From Massilicoli timonensis (GTDB lineage Bacteria > Bacillota_I > Bacilli_A > Erysipelotrichales > Erysipelotrichaceae), in contig NZ_LT963434.1 in the NCBI RefSeq assembly GCF_900199515.1, positions 933,272-965,271 on the forward strand: 32,000 bases of DNA. The letters run 5' to 3'. Positions 6,682 to 18,078 of the stretch are shown here, in pieces (position 1 is the stretch's first letter; every line of letters begins with the position of its first letter). The notes under the pieces were generated by a model, which was not told the origin of the DNA, ran no database searches, and was given only the letters and a program-made list of their open reading frames with translations. The translations under genes were made by a program, and so were the position numbers.

Positions 6682-7047
6682 TTATTTTACAAATTCAACG
6701 ATTGCCATAGATGCTGCATCGCCGCGGCGTACTCTTGTCTTGATGACGCGAGTATAACCGCCGTTACGCTGTGCATACATCGGCGCGATTTCATCAAACA
6801 GTTTCTGAACAGCTGTCTGTCCGGTTTTTTCATTGGCAACAACATCGCGAACGAAGCTTGCCACCTGACGGCGTGCATGCAAATCGCCACGCTTAGCAAG
6901 TGTTACCAATTCATCTACAACGGAACGCAGTTCTTTTGCTTTCATTTCTGTTGTTTCAACCTGTCCGCTGATGATCAGTGATGTTGCTAGATTACGGAAC
7001 ATCGCTTTGCGGTGGTCGGCTGTACGTCCTAATTTACGATTCCACAT
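6682..7047 (-). CDS. rplQ: 50S ribosomal protein L17
   Basis: 121 aa, '[22 protein letters not shown]'. GGGAGG lies 9 nt upstream. Last gene of the alpha operon. Confidence 0.97.
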   Translation of the reverse strand: MWNRKLGRTADHRKAMFRNLATSLIISGQVETTEMKAKELRSVVDELVTLAKRGDLHARRQVASFVRDVVANEKTGQTAVQKLFDEIAPMYAQRNGGYTRVIKTRVRRGDAASMAIVEFVK

Positions 7048-7070
7048 CGTGAATAACCTCCCTTATCTCA

Positions 7071-8030
7071 CTATTCGTATGACTTAAAGCTCAATCCTAA
7101 GTCATAGATCTTGTCTTTCACTTCTTTCAGTGATTTTTTGCCTAAGTTTCTAACTCTCATCATTTCATCTTCTGTACGCTGCGTTAATTCTTCTACCGTC
7201 TGAATGCCGGCACGTTTTAAGCAGTTATAACTGCGTACAGAGAGATCAAGATCTTCAATCATCATTACCAAGCCTTTATTTGGAACTTCACCCTGCGCTT
7301 CTTTCATCACTGAATCCATGTCATTCACTTCTTCATGAACATGAGTCAGTAGTTCAAGGTGATCGACCAGGATCTTAGATGCCAGTGCGATTGATTCCTG
7401 CGGCGTGATGGATCCGTCCGTCCAGATTTCCATCGTACATTTATCATACTTCGCGTTCTGTCCAACTCGTGCTGGCTCTGCGTTATAGGAAACCTTTTCG
7501 ATCGGTGTATAAATAGAGTCGGTATAAATCGTGCCAAGCGGTTGGTTCTGGGTTTGATACAGCTGTTTGTTTGTATCGGAGCTCACATAACCGCGACCTA
7601 CGCGCGCCTGTAATTCCATTTCCAGAGATCCGCCTTCCGCTAAGGTACAAATGTGCAGATCCTTGCTTAAAATCTCTACGCCCTCAGGGCAGATAATATC
7701 AGCACCGGTTACGACACCCGGTCCTTTTTTAGAGATACGCAGTGTATAAACTTCATCATCCTGAATGGTCATGATCAACTTCTTGATATTCAAGATGATT
7801 GCCGTAACATCTTCTACGATGCCCGGAATCGCGGTAAATTCATGGTAAACACCATCTACCTTGATTGCAAATACAGCTCCTCCGGGTAAAGAGGATAACA
7901 GAACACGTCTTAACGCATTACCGATCGTTGTACCGAATCCTCTTTCCAAAGGTTCGATGACAAACTTTCCATAATGCTCATCTTCAACATATTCCTTTAC
8001 TTCAAAATGTGCACGTTCGAATTTCTGCAT
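7071..8030 (-). CDS. rpoA: DNA-directed RNA polymerase subunit alpha
   Basis: 319 aa, 'GFGTTIGNALRRVLLSSLPG', alpha-CTD 'SVRSYNCLKRAGIQTVEEL'. GGAGG RBS. Confidence 0.98.
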   Translation of the reverse strand: MQKFERAHFEVKEYVEDEHYGKFVIEPLERGFGTTIGNALRRVLLSSLPGGAVFAIKVDGVYHEFTAIPGIVEDVTAIILNIKKLIMTIQDDEVYTLRISKKGPGVVTGADIICPEGVEILSKDLHICTLAEGGSLEMELQARVGRGYVSSDTNKQLYQTQNQPLGTIYTDSIYTPIEKVSYNAEPARVGQNAKYDKCTMEIWTDGSITPQESIALASKILVDHLELLTHVHEEVNDMDSVMKEAQGEVPNKGLVMMIEDLDLSVRSYNCLKRAGIQTVEELTQRTEDEMMRVRNLGKKSLKEVKDKIYDLGLSFKSYE

Positions 8031-8057
8031 ATGATACCTCCTCTGTTTCGGTTAAGA

Positions 8058-8453
8058 TTAACCACGTGGTCGTTTTGGTGGACGACATCCGTTGTGAGGA
8101 ATAGGAGTTACATCATTGATCATTGTAATTTCCAATCCTGCAACCTGTAATGCTCTTACTGCAGCTTCGCGTCCCGGACCAGGTCCTTTTACGCTGACTG
8201 CAACTGCTTTCATACCATTATCAACGGCAGCTTTACCTGCTGCTTCACCTGCTAACTGTGCTGCATACGGTGTTGATTTACGAGAACCCTTAAACCCTAA
8301 TGCACCTGCGCTAGACCATGCGACAGCATTTCCGCTTTCATCAGTAATAGTTACGATTGTGTTGTTAAAAGTTGAATGAATATGCGCGCAGCCGCGGGCA
8401 ATATTCTTGCGGACACGACGTTTGCGTGAACCGGCTTTTGTATTCTTTGCCAT
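8058..8453 (-). CDS. rpsK: 30S ribosomal protein S11
   Basis: 131 aa, '[22 protein letters not shown]'. Confidence 0.98.
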   Translation of the reverse strand: MAKNTKAGSRKRRVRKNIARGCAHIHSTFNNTIVTITDESGNAVAWSSAGALGFKGSRKSTPYAAQLAGEAAGKAAVDNGMKAVAVSVKGPGPGREAAVRALQVAGLEITMINDVTPIPHNGCRPPKRPRG

Positions 8454-8473
8454 CTTTACTTCCTCCTATCGTC

Positions 8474-8839
8474 CTATTTCTTCTTACCTGCTACTGTGCG
8501 AGCTGGTCCTTTGCGTGTACGCGCGTTTGTCTTTGTACGCTGTCCACGAACCGGAAGTCCCTTACGGTGACGAATTCCACGATAACATCCGATTTCCATC
8601 AGACGTTTGATATTTAATGATACTTCACGGCGAAGATCACCTTCTACCTTGATACCGTCTACTTCCTGACGGATCAGATTCATCTGTTCTTCGCTTAAAT
8701 CTTTGACACGGATATCTTCGCTGATCCCAACCTTTTTCAAAATGTTGGAAGCAGTGGTGCGTCCGATACCGTAAACATAAGTTAAAGACACTACGACACG
8801 CTTGTCGTTAGGAATGTCTACACCTGCAATACGAGCCAT
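8474..8839 (-). CDS. rpsM: 30S ribosomal protein S13
   Basis: The track ORF is N-terminally over-extended. The true start is ATG 8839 ([15 protein letters not shown]), with GGAGG 10 nt upstream. 121 aa. Confidence 0.97.
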   Translation of the reverse strand: MARIAGVDIPNDKRVVVSLTYVYGIGRTTASNILKKVGISEDIRVKDLSEEQMNLIRQEVDGIKVEGDLRREVSLNIKRLMEIGCYRGIRHRKGLPVRGQRTKTNARTRKGPARTVAGKKK

Positions 8840-8855
8840 TGTTTTTCTACCTCCA

Positions 8856-8972
8856 TTAGTTTCCTTGTCTTTGTTTGTGTTTTGGATTTTCACAAATTAC
8901 CATAACGCGACCTTTGCGTTTAATTACGCGGCATTTGTCGCAGATCGGTTTTACTGACGGTCTTACTTTCAT
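8856..8972 (-). CDS. rpmJ: 50S ribosomal protein L36 (zinc-ribbon C+ form)
   Basis: Absent from the ORF track (<60 aa). Hand translation: [43 protein letters not shown] lies upstream of ATG 8972. Confidence 0.95.
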   Translation of the reverse strand: MKVRPSVKPICDKCRVIKRKGRVMVICENPKHKQRQGN

Positions 8973-8993
8973 GCGTCTTTCCTCCTTGTGGCA

Positions 8994-9212
8994 CTATTTA
9001 TGCCGGAATGTAATGCGCCCACGTGTTAAGTCATAAGGTGAAATTTCAACGGTTACGCGATCCCCTGGTAAAATGCGGATGTAGTGCATACGGATTTTAC
9101 CAGAAACGTGAGCCAGTATTTCGTGTCCGTTTACCAATTTCACTTTGAACTGCGTGTTAGGCAGAGTATCGACTACTGTGCCTTCGATCTCAATAACATC
9201 TTGTTTACCCAT
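8994..9212 (-). CDS. infA: Translation initiation factor IF-1
   Basis: 72 aa, '[43 protein letters not shown]'. The start overlaps the map stop by 8 nt. Confidence 0.98.
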   Translation of the reverse strand: MGKQDVIEIEGTVVDTLPNTQFKVKLVNGHEILAHVSGKIRMHYIRILPGDRVTVEISPYDLTRGRITFRHK

Positions 9213-9981
9213 TCTTTTGGCAATCCTCCTTATCGGTTAAAGTGGTAAGTATTTCGTACCCATCGCGGGTGATGACGATTGTGTGTTCAAAATGTGCAGT
9301 CGGCCTCCCATCCTTTGCCACAACGCTCCATCCATCGTGCAGCGTTTTGACATGAGGCTTGCCCATCAGAACCATCGGCTCAACCGCAAAAGTCATGCCT
9401 TCTTTCAAAAGGACACCTTTTCCAGACGGGCCAAAATTAGGAACACTGGGATCTTCGTGCACACTTGTGCCGATTCCATGACCGGAAAAATCCCTAGCAA
9501 CGGAAAAACCATGCGAAAACACGTATTCTCCAATCGCATGTGATATATCGGTCAAACGATTCCCAGCTTTTGCCTGTTTTAATCCTTCAAATAAAGATTG
9601 TCTGGTTACATCCATCAATTCTTGCACTTCCTCACTGATCGCACCGACCCCATAAGTCCATGCCGAATCGCCGTGATAACCGTGAATGCAGGCACCAATA
9701 TCTACTGAGACAACATCTCCATCTTTTAGTATCGTATCATCTGGAATTCCATGCACCAGCACAGAATTTACGGAGATACACGCTGCTGCGGGAAACCCGT
9801 ACAGTCCCTTAAAGGAAGGAGATGCACCATGTGATATAATAACATTTTCAACTATCTTATTCAAGTATTTTGTCGAAATTCCCGGTTTCATCTCTTTTTG
9901 TACGGCTTTGTGTGCCAATGCCACAATTCTTCCCGCTTCACGCATATATTCGATTTCTTTTTCGGTTTTACAGAGTGCCAC
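9205..9981 (-). CDS. map: Type I methionine aminopeptidase
   Basis: 258 aa. GTG start at 9981 directly abuts the adk stop. '[13 protein letters not shown]', and metal ligands in '[12 protein letters not shown]', 'GHGIG', 'FAVEP', 'HFEHT'. Confidence 0.93.
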   Translation of the reverse strand: MALCKTEKEIEYMREAGRIVALAHKAVQKEMKPGISTKYLNKIVENVIISHGASPSFKGLYGFPAAACISVNSVLVHGIPDDTILKDGDVVSVDIGACIHGYHGDSAWTYGVGAISEEVQELMDVTRQSLFEGLKQAKAGNRLTDISHAIGEYVFSHGFSVARDFSGHGIGTSVHEDPSVPNFGPSGKGVLLKEGMTFAVEPMVLMGKPHVKTLHDGWSVVAKDGRPTAHFEHTIVITRDGYEILTTLTDKEDCQKNG

Positions 9982-10626
9982 TTACTTCTCCAAAGCGTTC
10001 ATGACATGCTGCCAAACCGCTTCGATCGGCTGATCCGCATTGATGCGGGTAAGCAGACCTTTTTCTTCATAATAGGCAAGTACAGGCTCCGTTGATTTGC
10101 TGTATTCACCAAGGCGCACCTGTAAGCTTTCCACTGTGTCATCCTTGCGCTGGTATAATTCACCGCCGCATTTATCGCAAACCCCTTCCACTTTGGACGG
10201 ATGATTTTTGATATGATAGATTTCTTCACAGTTCTTACAGATCCTTCTGCCGGTGATACGATCCTTCAAAACTTCAAAATCAAGTTCTAAAGCGATGACT
10301 TTCTCCACTGCCAGATCACTGCCGACAGTCAATTCATCAAATGCTTTCGCCTGATCAAGCGTACGCGGATAGCCATCCAGCAAATAACCGTTTTTGTTGT
10401 CCAGCTTCTCAAGAAAGCTCTTTACCATCGGATTGGTTACTTCATCCGGTACGAGCAGACCTTTCTCTGTATAACTTTTGGCTTGTAAGCCCAGTTCGGT
10501 TTCATTTTTGATTTCACTGCGGAAAATGTTTCCGGTTGAAATGTGATTTACCTGATATTTTTCAACGATTTTCGCGGACATCGTGCCTTTTCCGGCACCC
10601 GGTCCTCCCATAATCAAAATATTCAT
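9982..10626 (-). CDS. adk: Adenylate kinase (Zn-lid form)
   Basis: 214 aa. P-loop 'GGPGAGKGT'. Lid 'CKNCEEIYH...CDKCGGEL' (4-Cys). Confidence 0.97.
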   Translation of the reverse strand: MNILIMGGPGAGKGTMSAKIVEKYQVNHISTGNIFRSEIKNETELGLQAKSYTEKGLLVPDEVTNPMVKSFLEKLDNKNGYLLDGYPRTLDQAKAFDELTVGSDLAVEKVIALELDFEVLKDRITGRRICKNCEEIYHIKNHPSKVEGVCDKCGGELYQRKDDTVESLQVRLGEYSKSTEPVLAYYEEKGLLTRINADQPIEAVWQHVMNALEK

Positions 10627-10640
10627 CTGTACTCACCTTC

Positions 10641-11930
10641 TTAATGTTGAATAAAGCCACGATATGATTTCTGTGTCAGCTGCCCTTTCAGGCCTTTTAC
10701 CGTTTCCATCGCTACCCCGACAACGATGATGATCCCCGTACCGCCTAAACCGATAGAACGCGGCAAATTGGTGAACATCACGATCACATATGGAAGCGAC
10801 GCGATCGCAGCCAGCCATAGTGCTCCCAGCACGGTAATGCGGTTGAGCACTTTGCTCAGATACTGTTTTGTTTCACTGCCCGGTCTGATTCCCGGAATAT
10901 AAGTTCCGGACTTACCGAGATTTTCTGAAATCTTAGCAGGATCGACCGTTAAGTTCGTATAGAAGAAAGTAAACAGTATCGTTAATACCACATAGATCGT
11001 TAATCCGACCGGCTTGGTCATATCCGTATAGCTTTGGATCGTTGTCGCCACTTCTCCAGCGCCCAGCAAGGCAGCAATCGTAGAAGGTGCAACCATGATC
11101 GCATTCGCAAAGATGACCGGAATGACACTTGCGGAATTGATCTTTAACGGCAGATAAGTCATATCGCGTTTCTGCATCTGTACGGTACTTGACGTATATT
11201 GGATCGGGATCTTGCGCACAGCTGTCTGCATAAAGACAACCGTTACGATAATGATCAGATATACGACCACATACAGCGAGAATTCCAGAATGCCATTAAA
11301 CATGGCAGAACTGCTTGATGTATCGACCATCTGTTCGAACACGCTTACGAATTCAGATGGCATACGCGCAACGATTCCCGCAAAGATTAAAATGGAAACG
11401 CCGTTTCCAATGCCCTTTGTCGAAATACGATCACCGATCCATAATAAGAACATCGAACCGGCAGTCAAGATCGTTGCGATATACAAATAATTCGACAACG
11501 CCGTATCGGCAATGATGCTGTATTGGCTGTTTAATGCCTGCATCATCGTAAAGGCCTGAATAAAGCCTAATATCACTGCCAGATAGCGCGTATATTTGTC
11601 AATTTGTTTTCTCCCGCTCTGTCCCTGTTTGCTTAATTCCGTAAAATAAGGAATTACATCCATGGACAACAGCTGCAGGATGATAGAAGCAGTGATGTAA
11701 GGTCCGACCCCGAGGGAGAAGATAGACAACTGCTGTATCATACCTCCACCCAACAGGTTGATCATATCTAAGAATGATCCCGTATTGACCCCTTGCATCA
11801 ACTGTGACGTATCTACACCCGGCACGATGATCGCCGCACCGAATCGAAATACAAACAGCATTGCCAAAGTATAAAGAATGCGATTACGAATATCTTTATT
11901 CTTAAACATGCTGATCACAGTGGCGAACAT
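10641..11930 (-). CDS. secY: Preprotein translocase subunit SecY
   Basis: 429 aa polytopic membrane protein at the conserved position between rplO and adk. 'GVGPYITASIILQLL'. Confidence 0.97.
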   Translation of the reverse strand: MFATVISMFKNKDIRNRILYTLAMLFVFRFGAAIIVPGVDTSQLMQGVNTGSFLDMINLLGGGMIQQLSIFSLGVGPYITASIILQLLSMDVIPYFTELSKQGQSGRKQIDKYTRYLAVILGFIQAFTMMQALNSQYSIIADTALSNYLYIATILTAGSMFLLWIGDRISTKGIGNGVSILIFAGIVARMPSEFVSVFEQMVDTSSSSAMFNGILEFSLYVVVYLIIIVTVVFMQTAVRKIPIQYTSSTVQMQKRDMTYLPLKINSASVIPVIFANAIMVAPSTIAALLGAGEVATTIQSYTDMTKPVGLTIYVVLTILFTFFYTNLTVDPAKISENLGKSGTYIPGIRPGSETKQYLSKVLNRITVLGALWLAAIASLPYVIVMFTNLPRSIGLGGTGIIIVVGVAMETVKGLKGQLTQKSYRGFIQH

Positions 11931-11931
11931 A

Positions 11932-12372
11932 TTAGATTACCTCTGCTTTTCCGCCCGCCTGCTCAATAACAGCCACAGCAGATTTAGAGAATTTATGTGC
12001 TTTTACAGTTAATGTCTTCTCTAATTCTCCCTGACCTAAAATCTTAATTCCATCCAGTTCTTTGCGAACTAACTTGGTTTCAATTAACAGTTCCGGAGTT
12101 ACTTCTGTTCCGTTTTCAAAACGATTCAGGCTTTCAACATTAACGATTGCATATTCTTTACGTGTAAAATTCGTAAATCCACGTTTCGGCAAACGTCTTG
12201 CAAGCGGCGTCTGTCCACCTTCAAAGCCAAGGCGAACACCGCCACCGCTTCTTGAACCCTGTCCTTTCTGACCGCGTCCAGCAGTTTTTCCATTACCGGA
12301 TCCCTGACCGCGTCCTACACGGTTGCGGCTTTTGCGGGAACCTTCTGTGTATTTCATTTCATGTAATTTCAT
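11932..12372 (-). CDS. rplO: 50S ribosomal protein L15
   Basis: 146 aa, '[19 protein letters not shown]'. Confidence 0.97.
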   Translation of the reverse strand: MKLHEMKYTEGSRKSRNRVGRGQGSGNGKTAGRGQKGQGSRSGGGVRLGFEGGQTPLARRLPKRGFTNFTRKEYAIVNVESLNRFENGTEVTPELLIETKLVRKELDGIKILGQGELEKTLTVKAHKFSKSAVAVIEQAGGKAEVI

Positions 12373-12387
12373 GTCAGTTTCCTCCTA

Positions 12388-12903
12388 TTAACCACGAATT
12401 TCTTCTGGTTTTTTACCACGGAGACGAGCAACTTCTTCTACCGTTTTCAATGACTGCAGCGCAGATACAGTTGCATGTACCATGTTGATTGGAGTACGAG
12501 ATCCGATACATTTCGTCAGGATATCGTTAATACCAGCAACTTCCAATACATCACGAACAGGACCGCCGGCGATAACACCAGTACCCTCTGAAGCAGGGCG
12601 AAGGAATACTTCTCCGGCTCCGAAGCGTCCGGTAACTTCATGAGGAATGGTAGTGCCATTGACGATAGGTACATTGATCACATTCTTCTTAGCGTCTTCG
12701 ATCGCTTTTTTAATTGCGTCAGGTACTTCGTTGGCTTTACCGGTTCCGAAACCGACACGGCCTTTTTTATCACCGATTACAACAAGTGCAGCGAAACGGA
12801 AGCGACGTCCACCTTTTACAACTTTTGTAACACGGTTAATCGTGACAACGCGTTCTTCAAATTCTTTTTCAACGTTACGATCTTTTCTTGGTTTACGTTC
12901 CAT
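12388..12903 (-). CDS. rpsE: 30S ribosomal protein S5
   Basis: 171 aa, '[44 protein letters not shown]'. Confidence 0.98.
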   Translation of the reverse strand: MERKPRKDRNVEKEFEERVVTINRVTKVVKGGRRFRFAALVVIGDKKGRVGFGTGKANEVPDAIKKAIEDAKKNVINVPIVNGTTIPHEVTGRFGAGEVFLRPASEGTGVIAGGPVRDVLEVAGINDILTKCIGSRTPINMVHATVSALQSLKTVEEVARLRGKKPEEIRG

Positions 12904-12914
12904 GTCGCTACCTC

Positions 12915-13271
12915 CTAAAATTTCAGTCCGGCTTCTCTGGCTGCTTCTGCCAGGGCCTGAACACGTCCGTGGTAAACATAACCGCCACGGTCAAATACTA
13001 CATTTTCAATCTTAGCAGCGATTGCACGCTTAGCGATTTCGCTTCCAACTGCTTTCGCAGCTTCCACATTTCCGCCGTTTGCTAATTTCATTTCCACACT
13101 GCTTGCGGCAACCAGTGTCTTGCCATTCACATCGTCGATGATCTGTGCATGAATGTGTGCATTTGAACGGAATACGTTCAGACGTGGACATTCAGGAGTT
13201 CCGCTGATCTTTTTACGTACACGTAAGTGACGACGCTGACGTTCAACGTTTTTAGATACTTTCTTTAACAT
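12915..13271 (-). CDS. rplR: 50S ribosomal protein L18
   Basis: 118 aa, '[35 protein letters not shown]'. Confidence 0.97.
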   Translation of the reverse strand: MLKKVSKNVERQRRHLRVRKKISGTPECPRLNVFRSNAHIHAQIIDDVNGKTLVAASSVEMKLANGGNVEAAKAVGSEIAKRAIAAKIENVVFDRGGYVYHGRVQALAEAAREAGLKF

Positions 13272-13292
13272 ATGCTTCTAACTCCTTTCCCA

Positions 13293-13838
13293 CTATTTCT
13301 TACCGGCTGTCTTACCTTCCTTACGACGAACATGTTCACCCTGATAACGGATACCCTTGCCCTTGTAAGGTTCCGGCTTGCGGACAGCCCGGATATTTGC
13401 AGCCCATTCACCAACACGCTGTTTATCGATTCCGGAAACGACGATTTCCGTTGGTGATTTGCATTCTACTTTAATGCCTTCTTCAACAATGAATTCAACC
13501 GGATGTGAATAACCGACATTCAAAGTCAGCTTGTTTCCCGATACCGCTGAACGGAAACCGATACCGACTAATTCCAGCGTTTTGCTGAAGCCGTTGGATA
13601 CACCTTCCACCATGTTGAATAACAGGGCGCGGGTCGTACCATGCAGCTGTTTTGTATGTTTTTCTTCATTCGGTCTTGTTACAGTTAAAATGTTTTCTTC
13701 GATCTTGATGCCCAAGATGTCAGAGAACTGACGAGTCAAAGTTCCCTTTGGACCTTTAACAGTCACCTCATTCCCAGCGGCTACTGTAACTTCTACGCCG
13801 GCAGGAATGGTAATCGTTTTATTACCGATACGTGACAT
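13293..13838 (-). CDS. rplF: 50S ribosomal protein L6
   Basis: 181 aa, '[17 protein letters not shown]'. Confidence 0.97.
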   Translation of the reverse strand: MSRIGNKTITIPAGVEVTVAAGNEVTVKGPKGTLTRQFSDILGIKIEENILTVTRPNEEKHTKQLHGTTRALLFNMVEGVSNGFSKTLELVGIGFRSAVSGNKLTLNVGYSHPVEFIVEEGIKVECKSPTEIVVSGIDKQRVGEWAANIRAVRKPEPYKGKGIRYQGEHVRRKEGKTAGKK

Positions 13839-13857
13839 TGTATTTTACCTCCAGATT

Positions 13858-14256
13858 TTACCAAATGTAGGCAAGCACTTCGCCGCCGACATGTTTTGCT
13901 TTTGCTTCTTTATCAGTCATCAGACCGTGAGAAGTGGAGATGATCGCAATACCAAGTCCGTTTAATACGCGAGGGATCTTGTCCACTTTCGCATATGCGC
14001 GAAGACCCGGTTTTGAGATTCTCTTAAGACCATTGATTACTTTTTCACCGTTAGGTCCGTATTTCAAAACAACGGTCATTGTTTTCTTAACATCACCTTC
14101 TACGCTGTAGTCAGTGATGAAACCTTCTTCTTTTAAGATTCTGGCGATTTCCACTTTTTCTTTGCTTGCAGGAACTTCTACTGTTTCGTGACGTGCCTGA
14201 AGGCCGTTACGAATTCTAGTTAACATATCTGCAATTGGATCTGTCATAATCATCAT
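13858..14256 (-). CDS. rpsH: 30S ribosomal protein S8
   Basis: 132 aa, '[14 protein letters not shown]'. AGGAGG lies 8 nt upstream of the first ATG. Confidence 0.97.
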   Translation of the reverse strand: MMIMTDPIADMLTRIRNGLQARHETVEVPASKEKVEIARILKEEGFITDYSVEGDVKKTMTVVLKYGPNGEKVINGLKRISKPGLRAYAKVDKIPRVLNGLGIAIISTSHGLMTDKEAKAKHVGGEVLAYIW

Positions 14257-14272
14257 GACCTATTCCTCCTTT

Positions 14273-14458
14273 TTACCAGCTGGCCTTCTTTACTCCAGGG
14301 ATCTGGCCTTTATAAGCCAGTTCGCGGAAGCAAATACGGCACAGTTTGTATTTACGTAATACTGAGTGAGGACGTCCACAACGTTCACAACGTGTGTACT
14401 CGCGCACTTTGAATTTCTGAGGACGGTTTGTTTTGTTAATCATCGCTTTTTTTGCCAT
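14273..14458 (-). CDS. rpsN: 30S ribosomal protein S14, short zinc-binding type (type Z)
   Basis: 61 aa, '[23 protein letters not shown]' (CxxC...CxxC). Confidence 0.97.
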   Translation of the reverse strand: MAKKAMINKTNRPQKFKVREYTRCERCGRPHSVLRKYKLCRICFRELAYKGQIPGVKKASW

Positions 14459-14472
14459 AAGTCAAGTCCTCC

Positions 14473-15012
14473 TTATTTCTTGAACGGCATGCCCATTTCG
14501 CTTAACAGGGCAGCGCCTTCTTCGTTCGTATTGGCTGTCGTTACGATCACAACATCCATACCACGCACTTTATTGACTTTATCATAATTGATTTCCGGGA
14601 AGATGATCTGTTCTTTCACACCCAGCGTATAGTTTCCACGTCCGTCAAAGGCCGTCTTGGAAACACCGCGGAAATCACGTACACGAGGCAGCGAGATGTT
14701 CATCAGCTTATCCAGGAATTCATACATTCTTTCACCGCGCAAGGTTACTTTGCAGCCAATGGCCATACCTTCACGCAGCTTGAAGTTCGCGATGGATTTT
14801 TTTGCCTTTGTTACGATTGGCTTCTGACCGCAGATCTGGGTGATCTCCGCAACAACTTCTTCCATCGCTTTCGGATTGGCGATCGCATCACCAACACCGA
14901 CGTTGATTACCACTTTTTCAATTTTCGGTGCCTGCATGATAGAAGAATACTGAAACTGTTTCATCAATGCAGGAACGACCTGTTCCTTATATCTCTGTTC
15001 TAGGCGGTTCAT
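14473..15012 (-). CDS. rplE: 50S ribosomal protein L5
   Basis: 179 aa, '[22 protein letters not shown]...[11 protein letters not shown]'. Confidence 0.97.
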   Translation of the reverse strand: MNRLEQRYKEQVVPALMKQFQYSSIMQAPKIEKVVINVGVGDAIANPKAMEEVVAEITQICGQKPIVTKAKKSIANFKLREGMAIGCKVTLRGERMYEFLDKLMNISLPRVRDFRGVSKTAFDGRGNYTLGVKEQIIFPEINYDKVNKVRGMDVVIVTTANTNEEGAALLSEMGMPFKK

Positions 15013-15024
15013 GCTCTAACCCTC

Positions 15025-15333
15025 CTACTTCATCGTCGCGCCGGTTTTCTTCAGGACGCGAACTTTTTTGCCTTTTTCTTCTTTGTACCCGATACGGCTT
15101 GCTTTCTTTGCCTTGGCATCGTAAGCCATCACATTGGATACATGGATCGGCGCTTCTTTTTCAATAATGCCGCCGTCCGGATTTGCCTGAGTCGGTTTCT
15201 GGTGTTTCTTTACGATGTTGACACCTTCTACGATAACCTTGTTTTCCTTAGGCATAGCTTTGATTACTTCTGCAACAGTGCCCTTGTAAGCACCTGTAAT
15301 AACTTTTACCTTATCACCTTTTTTGATTTTCAC
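15025..15333 (-). CDS. rplX: 50S ribosomal protein L24
   Basis: The track start (GTG 15342) lies inside the SD AGGAGGT (15347-15341). The start is moved to GTG 15333, 7 nt after the SD, giving (M)[17 protein letters not shown]. 102 aa. Confidence 0.93.
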   Translation of the reverse strand: MKIKKGDKVKVITGAYKGTVAEVIKAMPKENKVIVEGVNIVKKHQKPTQANPDGGIIEKEAPIHVSNVMAYDAKAKKASRIGYKEEKGKKVRVLKKTGATMK

Positions 15334-15346
15334 TAGGGGCACCTCC

Positions 15347-15715
15347 TTACAGTACTTCCGGTGCCAAAGACACGATCTTCATAAAGTCTTTGTCACGCAG
15401 TTCACGGGCAACCGGTCCGAAAATACGAGTGCCGCGTGGTGTTTTATCGTCTTTGATGATTACAACAGCGTTGTCATCGAATTTGATGTAAGTGCCGTTG
15501 CTTCTGCGGATACCGTATTTCGTACGAACGATGACCGCTTTCACAACATCACCTTTTTTAACAGTTCCGCCAGGAGCTGCCTGCTTAACAGTACAAACTA
15601 CGATGTCACCGATGTTAGAACTTCTGCGTCTGCTTCCGCCTAAGCCACGGATCACCAATACTTCCTTAGCTCCGGTATTGTCAGCAACGCGCAGTCTTGT
15701 TTCGTTATGAATCAT
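15347..15715 (-). CDS. rplN: 50S ribosomal protein L14
   Basis: 122 aa, '[18 protein letters not shown]'. Confidence 0.98.
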   Translation of the reverse strand: MIHNETRLRVADNTGAKEVLVIRGLGGSRRRSSNIGDIVVCTVKQAAPGGTVKKGDVVKAVIVRTKYGIRRSNGTYIKFDDNAVVIIKDDKTPRGTRIFGPVARELRDKDFMKIVSLAPEVL

Positions 15716-15733
15716 ATACGCTTACCTCCTGAC

Positions 15734-15994
15734 TTACAGTACAACCGCTTTTTCCACGATACGAACCAAGCGGAAACGCTTTGTTGCAGATAATGGACGT
15801 GTTTCCATGATTTCTACAACATCACCGATCTTCGCTTCATTCATCTCGTCATGCGCTTTGAACTTTTTAGAATATTTCTGACGCTTACCATATAATGGGT
15901 GCATCTTCTTTGTTTCAACTACAACAGTAATTGTTTTATCCATTTTATCGGAAACAACAGTTCCACGATATACTTTACGGTTAGATCTTTCCAT
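15734..15994 (-). CDS. rpsQ: 30S ribosomal protein S17
   Basis: 86 aa, '[17 protein letters not shown]...HPLYGK'. Confidence 0.97.
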   Translation of the reverse strand: MERSNRKVYRGTVVSDKMDKTITVVVETKKMHPLYGKRQKYSKKFKAHDEMNEAKIGDVVEIMETRPLSATKRFRLVRIVEKAVVL

Positions 15995-16008
15995 TTACAC
16001 GATCCTCC

Positions 16009-16209
16009 TTATTCCTGAGAACCATTTTCACGTTCGCTCAAGATGGTCTTGATACGTGCAATGGTTTTCTTAACGGTTTTCATACGGGCAGTGTTGGTTA
16101 AGTTGCCGACTGCCTGCTGGAAACGAAGGTTAAAGAGTTCTTCTTTCAGCGTTTCGATTTCTTGCTGTAATTCAGTGTTGCTTTTTTCTCTGATCTCTTT
16201 CGCTGTCAT
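16009..16209 (-). CDS. rpmC: 50S ribosomal protein L29
   Basis: 66 aa, '[20 protein letters not shown]'. Confidence 0.96.
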   Translation of the reverse strand: MTAKEIREKSNTELQQEIETLKEELFNLRFQQAVGNLTNTARMKTVKKTIARIKTILSERENGSQE

Positions 16210-16212
16210 GTC

Positions 16213-16629
16213 TTACTCCTCCTCACCTTTCCGTACAAATTTACATTTTACAGGCAGTTTGTGAGAAGCCAGGCGGAATGCTTCCCGCGCGATTTCTTCA
16301 CTTACACCTGCGATCTCAAACATTACGCGGCCCGGTTTTACAACTGCTACCCATCCTTCAGGCGCACCTTTACCGGAACCCATACGTACTTCCAATGGTT
16401 TCTTCGTTCTTGCTAAGTGAGGGAAAATTTTGATCCAAACTTTACCGCCACGTTTCATGTAACGAGTCATGGCAATACGTGCTGCTTCAATCTGGCGATT
16501 GCTTACATAGTTACCCGTTTCAGCAACCAGACCATATTCACCGAAAGCAACGCTGCGTCCTGCTTTCGCACGCCCTTCATAGCTTAAACGGTGAGGTCTT
16601 CTATATTTTGTTCTGTTAGGCATCAACAT
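16213..16629 (-). CDS. rplP: 50S ribosomal protein L16
   Basis: 138 aa, '[14 protein letters not shown]'. Confidence 0.97.
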   Translation of the reverse strand: MLMPNRTKYRRPHRLSYEGRAKAGRSVAFGEYGLVAETGNYVSNRQIEAARIAMTRYMKRGGKVWIKIFPHLARTKKPLEVRMGSGKGAPEGWVAVVKPGRVMFEIAGVSEEIAREAFRLASHKLPVKCKFVRKGEEE

Positions 16630-16631
16630 AA

Positions 16632-17420
16632 TTAGTTACCTCCTTCCGTCTTAGGAGCATCTGCTTTTACTTCCGTTTTTTCTACACGGTTCGCATTGCG
16701 ATTGTCGCTGCGTCCGCCTCTAGGACGACGGTTGTTGCGGCGACGACGGTCATTACCGCCCTTAGGTGCTTCCGGTTCACTTACCATCTGACCTGGCAGC
16801 ACTTCACCACGGCAGATCCAAACCTTTACTCCCAGACGTCCATAAGTAGTCGCTGCTTCTTCATGCGCATAGTCAATATCCGCACGTAATGTATGCAGTG
16901 GAACTACACCTTCTGAATAGCCTTCGCTGCGCGCCATATCGGCACCGCCCAAACGTCCGGAAACCAGTGTCTTGATTCCTTTTGCGCCGCTTCTCATCGT
17001 TCTCTGGATCACTTTTTTCTGCGCTGTACGGAATGACGCACGCTGTTCCAGCTGATCTGCGATCGAACGAGCTACCAGTCTTGCGTCCAGATCCGGATTG
17101 GCAATTTCCAGCACTTTCAGGAATACATTTTTTCCACCGGTCATCTTTTCCAGTTTCTTTTTCAGGTTTTCTACGTTTTCACCGTTTGTGCCGATGATCA
17201 CACCCGGACGAGCAGAACGGATCATGATTTCCACACGGTTTTTAGAACGTTCAATTTCAACTCTTGATACCGAAGCCGTTTTCAGCTCAGCCATCAGGAA
17301 TTCACGGATTTTAATATCTTCTAACAACAGATCGGCATAATCCTTGTCAGCGTACCATCTTGATTCCCAATCACGAATGACGCCGACACGAAATCCGATC
17401 GGACTTACTTTCTGTCCCAT
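16632..17420 (-). CDS. rpsC: 30S ribosomal protein S3, with an extended basic C-terminal tail
   Basis: Start moved to ATG 17420 ([11 protein letters not shown]), with AAGGAGG 7 nt upstream. 262 aa. KH domain plus '[12 protein letters not shown]'. The tail runs 52 aa beyond the conserved 'RGEVLPG', see findings. Confidence 0.96.
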   Translation of the reverse strand: MGQKVSPIGFRVGVIRDWESRWYADKDYADLLLEDIKIREFLMAELKTASVSRVEIERSKNRVEIMIRSARPGVIIGTNGENVENLKKKLEKMTGGKNVFLKVLEIANPDLDARLVARSIADQLEQRASFRTAQKKVIQRTMRSGAKGIKTLVSGRLGGADMARSEGYSEGVVPLHTLRADIDYAHEEAATTYGRLGVKVWICRGEVLPGQMVSEPEAPKGGNDRRRRNNRRPRGGRSDNRNANRVEKTEVKADAPKTEGGN

Positions 17421-17432
17421 GAGCAAACCTCC

Positions 17433-17768
17433 TTATTCCCGCTCATCAACCACAACAGTAATGTGGCTGGTGCGTTTGTGGATCGCACTTGCAGATCCTT
17501 TTGCACGTGGCATGTAGCGTTTCAAAGTGATGCCTTCGTTTGCATAGCATGCTTTCACGTATAATTTTTCTTCATCCATGTCATTGTTGTTTACCGCGTT
17601 CGCAACAGCTGATTTTAAGGTTTTACCAATGGCAACTGCCGCTGCGTTCGGCGTAAATCTTAAGATTGCGGCTGCTTCCGCAACGTCTTTCCCACGAATC
17701 AGGTCGATAACCAGACGAGCTTTTCTAGGTGGGATTCTCAATGTTTTTGCAGTAGCTTTTACTTCCAT
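17433..17768 (-). CDS. rplV: 50S ribosomal protein L22
   Basis: 111 aa, '[18 protein letters not shown]'. Confidence 0.97.
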   Translation of the reverse strand: MEVKATAKTLRIPPRKARLVIDLIRGKDVAEAAAILRFTPNAAAVAIGKTLKSAVANAVNNNDMDEEKLYVKACYANEGITLKRYMPRAKGSASAIHKRTSHITVVVDERE

Positions 17769-17779
17769 GATTTCTCCTC

Positions 17780-18058
17780 CTATCGTCTAGCTTTCTTGTC
17801 ATCTGTTCCATGACCGCCGTTTTTGCGTGTCGGAACAAATTCACCCAGCTTGTGTCCTACCATATCTTCTGTCACATATACAGGCAGATGTTCTTTCCCG
17901 TTGTAAACCGCAAAAGTGTGTTCTACGAACTGTGGGAAGATAGTTGAACGGCGTGACCAAGTTTTAATCACTTCTTTTTTACCTGACGCATTCAGGGCTT
18001 CCACTTTTTTCATCAAGTGGTCGTCACAGAAAGGTCCTTTTTTCAAACTACGACTCAT
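17780..18058 (-). CDS. rpsS: 30S ribosomal protein S19
   Basis: 92 aa, '[10 protein letters not shown]...[28 protein letters not shown]'. Confidence 0.98.
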   Translation of the reverse strand: MSRSLKKGPFCDDHLMKKVEALNASGKKEVIKTWSRRSTIFPQFVEHTFAVYNGKEHLPVYVTEDMVGHKLGEFVPTRKNGGHGTDDKKARR

Positions 18059-18078
18059 CTCATTTTCCTCCTTTGCGC

